Origin: a bacterium
GTDB taxonomy: Bacteria; Patescibacteriota; Minisyncoccia; UBA6257; JAGOQP01
Length of the DNA: 64,000 nt
NCBI GenBank assembly: GCA_021814695.1
Contig: JAKAHY010000002.1
Span: 8,920-72,919, forward strand
Direction of reading: 5' to 3'
Under the pieces are notes generated by a model. The model was not told the origin of the DNA. It searched no databases and saw only the letters and a list, made by a program, of their open reading frames with translations. The stretch's first letter is position 1. The number at the start of each line of letters is the position of its first letter. Positions 1-5,705 of the stretch are shown piece after piece. The position numbers were made by a program, and so were the translations under genes.

Positions 1-705
1 AAAATAATAACTATTGAAGATCCAATTGAATACCATCTGGAAGGGATAGAACAAACTCAAGTTGACGAAGAGGCGGGATATACGTTTGCCGGAGGTTTGC
101 GTTCGCTGATGAGACAGGACCCGGACGTAATACTCGTTGGTGAAATCAGAGACAGAGAAACTGCCGAGATATCTGTCCAAGCGGCTCTTACGGGACACTT
201 GGTCCTTTCAACTATTCACGCCAATGAAGCTTCCGGAGCCATTCCTCGGCTTTTGGATTTGGGAGTGAAAAATGTCAGTCTTGCTCCTGCGTTAAATCTT
301 TTGATTGCCCAACGTTTGGTGAGGCGTTTGTGCAAATATTGTAAAACGGAATCCGAAATATCCGATGAATTAAGAAAAAATATCGAAACTTTTGTAAATG
401 CAATGCCCGATAGAGTCGATAAAAAACATTATCTGGAGAACATGAAGACGTACAAAGTGGTCGGGTGTGAAAAATGCAACATGACCGGATATAAAGGCAG
501 GGTTGGAATTTATGAATTATTGGAGATAAGCAAAAAAATGCAGGACATGATAGTCCAAGGTTCGGGTCAGCTGGCGATAGAAGAGGAGATAAAAAATACC
601 GATTTTGTAAACGTGCAGCAGGATGGGGTATTGAAATTTATTTCGGGAATAACCACTCTTGAAGAAGTTGAAGGGGTGGCGGGTAAAATAAACTGGAAGG
701 CATAA
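1..705 (+). CDS. Type II/IV secretion-system ATPase (GspE/PilB family), C-terminal part; the 5' end lies outside the window
   Basis: Frame 1 is open from nt 1 (KIITIEDPIEYHLEG...) and runs into ORF 97..705. It has RQDPDVILVGEIRD and TGHLVLSTIHAN boxes and a C-terminal CxxC...CxxC (CKYCK, CEKCNMTGYKGR). It is paralogous to 59608..61344. Confidence 0.85.
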   Translation, partial: KIITIEDPIEYHLEGIEQTQVDEEAGYTFAGGLRSLMRQDPDVILVGEIRDRETAEISVQAALTGHLVLSTIHANEASGAIPRLLDLGVKNVSLAPALNLLIAQRLVRRLCKYCKTESEISDELRKNIETFVNAMPDRVDKKHYLENMKTYKVVGCEKCNMTGYKGRVGIYELLEISKKMQDMIVQGSGQLAIEEEIKNTDFVNVQQDGVLKFISGITTLEEVEGVAGKINWKA

Positions 706-735
706 AAAAATCCCGACTTTCGTCGGGATTTTTTA
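706..735. terminator. Bidirectional rho-independent terminator between the ATPase gene and rplT
   Basis: The stem is ATCCCGAC-tttc-GTCGGGAT, flanked by an A-run on one side and a T-run on the other. Confidence 0.8.
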
Positions 736-1077
736 TTTGACAGCCTTTACTATTTCGGAGAAAACTTTCGGATACTTATTGGCAATTTCGGCCAACACTT
801 TTCTGTCCAGAGCGATGTTGTTTTTCTTTAGGGCATCTATAAATTTACTGTAAGTTGTTCCTTCGGCTCTGACTGCGGCGTTAAGCTGGGTTTGCCATAA
901 TGCGCGGTAGTTCCTTTTGTTTTCTTTTCTTCCTTTGAACATCCGGCTTTGAGCGTGCAGCAAAGCCTCTTTTGCCGCGCGTTCTTTTGACTTGCGGCCC
1001 CATCGGTACCCCTTAACTTTTTTTAGCAGCTTCTCTCTCTTTTTATGGGCGAGAGCTCCTCTTTTGACTCTTGTCAT
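733..1077 (-). CDS. rplT: 50S ribosomal protein L20
   Basis: MTRVKRG..HKKREKLLK..KGYRG..S is a typical L20 N-terminus. The gene is last in the infC-rpmI-rplT order. Confidence 0.95.
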   Translation of the reverse strand: MTRVKRGALAHKKREKLLKKVKGYRWGRKSKERAAKEALLHAQSRMFKGRKENKRNYRALWQTQLNAAVRAEGTTYSKFIDALKKNNIALDRKVLAEIANKYPKVFSEIVKAVK

Positions 1078-1103
1078 AGCGTTTAGTAATTAGTAAATAA
1101 AAA

Positions 1104-1286
1104 TTATAAACTTCCGGGCTTTTTGAAAATTCTTTCCGAAATGGCGCGAGCTGCCGGATTCATTCCTTGCAATCTGTGAATCTGAGTTGAACTCTTTTTT
1201 GAGCGAAAATGGCACTGTGCCATAGTGCGTCTCATTACCTTTCCGTTTTTTGTTACCCTGAATCTGGTTGTAATTGATTTTTTCAT
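1104..1286 (-). CDS. rpmI: 50S ribosomal protein L35
   Basis: This is a 60-aa basic protein (MKKSITTRFRVTKNGKVMRR...) lying between infC and rplT. Confidence 0.9.
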   Translation of the reverse strand: MKKSITTRFRVTKNGKVMRRTMAQCHFRSKKSSTQIHRLQGMNPAARAISERIFKKPGSL

Positions 1287-1289
1287 ATT

Positions 1290-1796
1290 CTATTTTCCTT
1301 TCATTATTTGCATTATGAGGCCTCTTCCTCCCGGTCTTATTGTTGTTGTAACCTGATAATCTGCACTGATCATTTTTATAAAATCGTTGAATCTTTTTCT
1401 GGCCCAATCCTGATTGTATTTCTCCCTGCCCCTTAAGGCCATCATTATTTCAACTTTATTTCCTTTCTCAAGAAATTCTTCCGCCTGGAGTGCTCTGATT
1501 TTAAGATCGTTATCGGCAGCTCTTGGAGTTATTCTTACCTGTTTTAACTCTCCGGTTGGTTTGTGCGCACGCTTCTTCTCCTCTTTTCTTTGTTGATATC
1601 GGAATTTATCGTAGCTGATTATTTTTACTACCGGCGGTTTGATATTAGGTGCGATTTCAACCACATCCAGCCCTTTTTCTTCGGCTAGTGCAAGTGCCTC
1701 AGAGAGTTTCATAACGCCCAAATTAGCTCCTGCTTCGTCAACCACGCGCACTTCTGATGCCGTAATTCTTTGGTTGATTCTGACGTAGTTATCGAT
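1290..1796 (-). CDS. infC: Translation initiation factor IF-3, with an inferred non-canonical start codon
   Basis: The ORF track starts at GTG 1751 (MRVVDEAG...). The frame stays open upstream and encodes IDNYVRINQRITASEVRVVD, which is the conserved IF-3 N-terminal RIN..I....VR segment. There is no ATG, GTG or TTG in that stretch. ATC at 1794-1796 is my best guess for the start. Confidence 0.8.
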   Translation of the reverse strand: MDNYVRINQRITASEVRVVDEAGANLGVMKLSEALALAEEKGLDVVEIAPNIKPPVVKIISYDKFRYQQRKEEKKRAHKPTGELKQVRITPRAADNDLKIRALQAEEFLEKGNKVEIMMALRGREKYNQDWARKRFNDFIKMISADYQVTTTIRPGGRGLIMQIMKGK

Positions 1797-1873
1797 GGTG
1801 AGTGGCGTTACTGTTTTTAACGTCCATTAGATTAACACACAAATAAGCCGTTTGCAATACTTTTGCGGCTGAT

Positions 1874-1903
1874 AAAAAAAGCCCACCGGTGTTCTGGTGG
1901 GGC
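1874..1903 (-). terminator. Rho-independent terminator of the GC-rich minigene
   Basis: On the minus strand: GCCCACC-agaacacc-GGTGGGC followed by TTTTTTT. Confidence 0.75.
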
Positions 1904-1930
1904 GCCTCGTTGGAGGCGGTTGGGAAGCGC

Positions 1931-2152
1931 TTAGCCGCGCTTCGCTTTGGAGGATGCCGAGACCTTGTGAGTCCCGGCGACGGCCACGCCGCGGTTGGCG
2001 GTGGCCAGGTCGGCCTGAGTCCTCCGCTTGGCCGCCCGGTTCGCGTGCTTGACGCTGTGACGGTCCTTGGGCGCGGTCTTGCCGCAGCGCCCGTTGGGGT
2101 GGCGGTTGCCGCCACCCGAAACCCGACAGTGACACAGTTCGCACACGGCCAT
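1931..2152 (-). CDS. Small basic Cys-containing protein (73 aa) of unknown function; GC-rich and probably foreign
   Basis: GGGAGG lies 6 nt upstream of the ATG. By hand count, 63 of 73 codons end in G/C, in an AT-rich genome. It has 4 Cys (CxxCxC...C) and is K/R/A/G-rich. It has its own promoter and terminator. The N-terminus MAVCELC only faintly recalls the L28 family. Confidence 0.6.
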   Translation of the reverse strand: MAVCELCHCRVSGGGNRHPNGRCGKTAPKDRHSVKHANRAAKRRTQADLATANRGVAVAGTHKVSASSKAKRG

Positions 2153-2190
2153 ATTACACCTCCCTTGTCGTTTGATTTACCGCTTTTTAT

Positions 2191-2219
2191 AACATAGCAT
2201 AACTAACTACATTTGTCAA
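2191..2219 (-). promoter_or_regulatory. Sigma-70-type promoter of the GC-rich minigene
   Basis: On the minus strand: TTGACA (2214-2219), a 17-nt spacer, then TATGTT (2191-2196). Confidence 0.55.
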
Positions 2220-2229
2220 TATTTATGGG

Positions 2230-2256
2230 AAAACAAAATCACCCGCAAGGGGTGAT
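2230..2256 (-). terminator. Terminator downstream of the GIY-YIG unit
   Basis: On the minus strand: ATCACCCC-ttgc-GGGTGAT followed by TTTGTTTT. Confidence 0.7.
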
Positions 2257-2265
2257 CTTATTTTT

Positions 2266-2290
2266 GTGGAGATGGGAGAGTTGGCTCCGA
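2266..2290 (-). repeat. Duplicate of the tmRNA 3' end (T-loop end, T-stem 3' strand, acceptor 3' strand)
   Basis: The minus strand reads TCGGAGCCAACTCTCCCATCTCCAC. The genuine tmRNA end at 2672-2697 reads GAGTTCAACTCTCGCCATCTCCAC. About 19 nt are shared, with one 1-nt indel. Confidence 0.8.
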
Positions 2291-2530
2291 CTAAACTAAA
2301 TGCTTGTTTCTAAAAGCTATTCCCGAACCACTTTTCAGATATTTTTCAAAGTTGATCGCCTGTTCCTTGTTATGAAAAGTGCAGTGCCAAGCAATAATAA
2401 ATGGCGCTCTACTTGAGCTATATTTGGAACCATAACTATTATGTTCCAATAGTCTTTTCTTAATATCAATTGTGATGCCCGTATAGAAACTCCCATCTTT
2501 TAAACTGCGAAGAATATAGACAAAATACAT
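2291..2530 (-). CDS. GIY-YIG (URI-domain) nuclease family protein, minimal 79-aa form
   Basis: It has MYFVYILRS...GSFYTGITIDIKKRLLEHN (GIY..YIG..R..H-N) and a later E (NKEQA). A TATAAT box (2541-2546) lies 10 nt before the ATG, giving a very short leader. Confidence 0.85.
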   Translation of the reverse strand: MYFVYILRSLKDGSFYTGITIDIKKRLLEHNSYGSKYSSSRAPFIIAWHCTFHNKEQAINFEKYLKSGSGIAFRNKHLV

Positions 2531-2671
2531 ATTATCTATAATTATATGGCCCTCCTTCGCATAAAGCTACGGAGGACTCACTACTCGCACCATAAAACTC
2601 CCCAGATGGGGAGTTTTATTGCAATGCTTCTTGTGCAAGGAGTGCTTGCACTACGAAGCCTTGGCGAAGTA
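2531..2671 (-). other. Hairpin-rich leader ('type B' motif) between the tmRNA and the GIY-YIG ORF
   Basis: It contains CTTCGCCAAGGCTTCGTAGTGCAAGC, a terminator-like AAAACTCCCC-atct-GGGGAGTTTT, and CCTCCGTAGCTTTATGCGAAGGAGG. The first and last motifs recur after tRNA-Gly(UCC), at 47838-47943 and 48066-48174. Confidence 0.6.
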
Positions 2672-2988
2672 GTGGAGATGGCGAGAGTTGAACTCGCGTC
2701 CAGAAAGAGGGATTGAAAGCGTCTACGGGCGTATCTTCTTTTGGAAGCTGATTTGCTTTCTGATTGTCCCTACGGATACGAAAGCGCTTTCCGTGGGTAA
2801 GCCTCAAATATAACACCGGCGATTTCCCCATGAGACATCGGGAGCCGATGGCTTACGCACGAACTAAAAAGTTCTTAAGCGTATGCAAGTGCTACATTTC
2901 TGTTAGCAGATTTGTTTTGGCGGATTTACAAGTCGCCGCTTGACCCGCAACTTTCAAAGAACTCTATCTGTCAAAGCCCAGCATCCCC
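2672..2988 (-). ncRNA. ssrA: tmRNA (SsrA), about 317 nt
   Basis: The 5' GGGGATGCTGGGCTTTGAC pairs with the 3' ...CATCTCCAC, giving G3:U70. The T arm is GCGAG-TTCAACT-CTCGC. An internal tag frame GCT AAC AGA AAT GTA GCA CTT GCA TAC GCT TAA encodes ANRNVALAYA* (2875-2907), which resembles E. coli ANDENYALAA. It is adjacent to smpB. Confidence 0.88.
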
Positions 2989-3426
2989 TTAGGCAATATG
3001 TTTTCTTACTTGGCGCTCGGTTTCCCTTTTTTTAATCGTTTCTCTCTTATCCGTTTTCTTCTTGTGAACGCCCAGTCCTATTTCAAGCTTTATTTTACCG
3101 CGCTTGTTATACAGCTTAAGGGGCACCAGAGTCAAGTTTTTGGATGATGCTTGACCGACAAGAGCGATAATTTCCGACTTTTTTGCCAAAAGTCGGCGCG
3201 ATCGGCGAGGATCGAAATCTTTGGGTGTATTTTTCTCCTGGTAGGGGCCAATTGTTGCGCCAACCAGCCAAAGCTGTCCTCCATAAATTTTAACCAACGA
3301 CCCGACAACACTGGCTTTACCGGAGCGGATAGCTTTAGCCTCATGGCCCAAAAGTTCAATTCCGGCATTTAAAGTGTCGGAAATTTCGTAATCAAAATAG
3401 GCTTTTTTGTTTTGGATTGATTCCAT
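2989..3426 (-). CDS. smpB: SsrA-binding protein SmpB
   Basis: It has NKKAYFDYEI...GIEL.G.E.K and a basic C-terminal tail. Its stop codon directly abuts the tmRNA 5' G. Confidence 0.93.
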   Translation of the reverse strand: MESIQNKKAYFDYEISDTLNAGIELLGHEAKAIRSGKASVVGSLVKIYGGQLWLVGATIGPYQEKNTPKDFDPRRSRRLLAKKSEIIALVGQASSKNLTLVPLKLYNKRGKIKLEIGLGVHKKKTDKRETIKKRETERQVRKHIA

Positions 3427-3469
3427 CTGTTTATTTATGATAGTGCCTTGTGGGATTTTTTTGCAAGCG

Positions 3470-3480
3470 ATGTGATATAA
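3470..3480 (+). promoter_or_regulatory. Extended -10 promoter TGTGATATAAT (copy 1 of 4)
   Basis: TGTGATATAAT sits within a conserved GCAAGCGATGTGATATAATGAAACAAAT block, 18 nt before ATG 3499. No Shine-Dalgarno sequence is present. Confidence 0.65.
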
Positions 3481-3498
3481 TGAAACAAATAAAAAACT

Positions 3499-5643
3499 AT
3501 GAAAAAATCTTCATTAATCGTGGTCATTTTGCTTGTTGTGGCAAGCGTAGGAATGACCGTCATCTTTTCAAATCAAGTGTCGATAAAGGGATTTCTATCG
3601 AGCGTTTATTCTACTGCATCAGGCAGAAATCATATACAGCTGGCAAACGCTCAGTCCTTGGGACAGGGGGTTGTAGTTTTTAAAGCGCAATTTGGCCATT
3701 TGGAAGCAACCGGCCAAGTTGTCTCCGGTATTTCCGGACTAGCGGGGCTGCCGGTGACAAAATTTGTTCCCGACAGAGACCTTTCGGATTCTGAAAAAAA
3801 GCAGGTTGAAGTAAACATCACCGAAGAGAACACCGTTTTCGGATTTATTGTGGCAAAAAACGTTTCATTAGGGCAGGGAATCGGTTTTAACATTCCCCAA
3901 GGAGAAGTTTATAACTACGGTTTTTATGTGAATTCCGACATCCTTCCTCAAGGATGGACATATAACTCTTCTTGCGTAGAGACGGGAGGAAATATTAAAT
4001 TATCTGCCGGCCAACAAAGCGAATGCACGATAGGTTTTTATCTGAAACCAACGCCTGCGCCGGTTACTCCTCCCGCTTCGACGTCCACTCCCGTCTCACC
4101 TCAGGAAGGAGCGTCAGGTACCGTTATTAGTGAAGATTCCGGTTCTGGATCGCTGCAGTTTGTAAAAAATATTTTGGACTTAAGTACGGGGTGGAAAAAC
4201 CCCGGATCGGATAAAATATTGGACGCAAAAATCGTTGAATTATACGGAAAGAAATTTCTTATTGTTTCGACTCAAAACAAACATTTGCTTGTTTACGATG
4301 CTTCAAACCAGTTTTCGCCGGTTCTTTTGAAAGATAATGATTTATCAGGCAGTAACGTGTCGGCGTTTTATCTTGTGGTTTTAGATAATTTCAATTACGT
4401 ATTTGCCTGGGGAGGAAACTCTGCCAACTACGGATCTTTTAAGATTGAACAAGACGGATCTGCGTCTCTGGTAAAAAGTTACAAACCTGACCAATATAGC
4501 GTTACTCAACCGAATTTGGTTTTCGGGTTGTTTAGAGGGTTAGACGGTAAAGCGTATGGATTTGGAGGGAACGGGGGCGATGGATGGCTAACTATTTATG
4601 ACGTGTCCGATCCGGCAAACATCAGCGAAATTGGATCATATCAAGATGGCTTAGTCGGGAATCACTGCGGCAATTATGGTCTGATTGGATTGGACAGGCC
4701 GCTTCAATGGAATACTTCTCAACAAGGGAACAAGCTTTATCTGGTAACTCATGCGGACCAGTGCGTCCAGCGGCTGCATACTTCCGGAGACGCCAGAATT
4801 TATATTTTTGACGTTTCTGATCCAAAAAATCCGCAGCTTTCCCATCAATATGAGCTTTCCGGTTCTTTTAACCACATACCTTCGGACGCGACTAAGGCCG
4901 AACAGACATTTCTTTTTGGCGGGATCGCCGACATTGCCGTTGATTCAAATTCGGGTAAGGTTTTTGATTTTTACAGGACGGTTTTTGATTGGCAGGGGCC
5001 ATCCTGGTCTCAGATAGCAAACATAGTGCATGGTACTTTGTTTAGATACAGAACCGGACTGGTCACTCTTTCACTGCAATCGGACGGTTCTCTAAAAGAA
5101 TTGTCGCGGGCTTTATTGTGCGAACAAAAGGGCCCAATGTATGATGGTGGCGGTCCGCAATATTATCGATGCGGCGACGTGGATGGAAACGACAAAAATA
5201 CCCAAGGCGGATATGATTATTCGGCAAGAAATTCTCAACAAAATTACAACGGAGTTTTTCTCCTCAGTGGGCCGGGAAATAGCGGTCAGGTGGGCTTACT
5301 AAGGAGTGATAATAGTTTTGTTGTCATTCCCGATACCGCCGGAGAGATGACTAAATTTAAGACGGCTATTAAAGATTCATCTTATTATTCGAATATCTAT
5401 AATCCCGCTATCAATGGTGTTGTGACCCAGGTTGACAGTAAAACATTTGCCATCTATCAATTTGATAGTTATTCGTTAAGCGTCGTTAAGGTTTTGTTGT
5501 CGCAATCTCTTGTGGGGGGATCGAAAAATCCCTCTCCTCCAGTGACCGGAGTTGCGCCTTCGGCAAACGTACCACTAACATCACCCGCATTTTCATTTAA
5601 TGCGCTCCTGAACATCTTCAGAAGGATACTTAACAACTACTAA
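3499..5643 (+). CDS. Secreted/surface LVIVD-repeat (beta-propeller-type) protein, paralogue 1
   Basis: It has an N-terminal hydrophobic signal/anchor. LVIVD-like repeats include LTIYDVSDPANISEIG, IYIFDVSDPKNPQLS and LLVYDASNQFSPVL. An S/P/T linker is followed by the C-terminal tail PAFSFNALLNIFRRILNNY. Confidence 0.8.
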   Translation: MKKSSLIVVILLVVASVGMTVIFSNQVSIKGFLSSVYSTASGRNHIQLANAQSLGQGVVVFKAQFGHLEATGQVVSGISGLAGLPVTKFVPDRDLSDSEKKQVEVNITEENTVFGFIVAKNVSLGQGIGFNIPQGEVYNYGFYVNSDILPQGWTYNSSCVETGGNIKLSAGQQSECTIGFYLKPTPAPVTPPASTSTPVSPQEGASGTVISEDSGSGSLQFVKNILDLSTGWKNPGSDKILDAKIVELYGKKFLIVSTQNKHLLVYDASNQFSPVLLKDNDLSGSNVSAFYLVVLDNFNYVFAWGGNSANYGSFKIEQDGSASLVKSYKPDQYSVTQPNLVFGLFRGLDGKAYGFGGNGGDGWLTIYDVSDPANISEIGSYQDGLVGNHCGNYGLIGLDRPLQWNTSQQGNKLYLVTHADQCVQRLHTSGDARIYIFDVSDPKNPQLSHQYELSGSFNHIPSDATKAEQTFLFGGIADIAVDSNSGKVFDFYRTVFDWQGPSWSQIANIVHGTLFRYRTGLVTLSLQSDGSLKELSRALLCEQKGPMYDGGGPQYYRCGDVDGNDKNTQGGYDYSARNSQQNYNGVFLLSGPGNSGQVGLLRSDNSFVVIPDTAGEMTKFKTAIKDSSYYSNIYNPAINGVVTQVDSKTFAIYQFDSYSLSVVKVLLSQSLVGGSKNPSPPVTGVAPSANVPLTSPAFSFNALLNIFRRILNNY

Positions 5644-5657
5644 AAATTTAAAATAAA

Positions 5658-5685
5658 GCCCCCTGTAAATACAGGGGGCTTTTTG
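5658..5685 (+). terminator. Rho-independent terminator
   Basis: AGCCCCCTGT-aaat-ACAGGGGGCT followed by TTTT. Confidence 0.8.
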
Positions 5686-5687
5686 AA

Positions 5688-5698
5688 TGTGATATAAT
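5688..5698 (+). promoter_or_regulatory. Extended -10 promoter TGTGATATAAT (copy 2)
   Basis: This is the same 11-mer. The hexamer ends 7 nt before ATG 5706, which implies a leaderless or nearly leaderless mRNA. Confidence 0.6.
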
Positions 5699-5705
5699 GA
5701 AACAA

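Larger units (their letters stand above)
2266..2671 (-). mobile_element. Candidate minimal GIY-YIG element inserted at the tmRNA 3' end (leader + 79-codon ORF + duplicated target)
   Basis: The unit is bracketed by the genuine tmRNA 3' end (2672-2690) and its duplicate (2266-2284). Its only ORF is a GIY-YIG nuclease. Confidence 0.45.

Noticed and set aside
1090-1407. 105-aa ORF overlapping rpmI and the infC 3' end in another frame
   Set aside because: It is an alternative frame of two well-supported ribosomal and translation-factor genes.
1874-2160. The GC-rich island as a structured RNA (RNase P RNA or similar), since RNA genes often stand out as GC peaks in AT-rich genomes
   Set aside because: Neither strand has the RNase P CR-I (GAGGAAAGTCC) or other consensus I could find. 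The three-base periodicity (63 of 73 codons with G/C at the third position) and the perfect ribosome-binding-site spacing favour a coding gene. This is not fully excluded without a cmscan.
1789-2197. Four overlapping ORFs (108, 105, 102 and 73 aa) on both strands
   Set aside because: GC-rich DNA is stop-poor in most frames. Only the 1931..2152 minus frame has a Shine-Dalgarno sequence plus ATG, a promoter, a terminator and a strong GC3 bias. The others are treated as artefacts.
2616-2831. 71-aa ORF on the minus strand
   Set aside because: It lies mostly inside the tmRNA gene, with its 3' end running into the type B leader, and is a spurious translation.
3450-3683. 77-aa ORF starting upstream of LVIVD paralogue 1
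   Set aside because: It starts inside the conserved promoter block, is out of frame with the long ORF, and has no support of its own.
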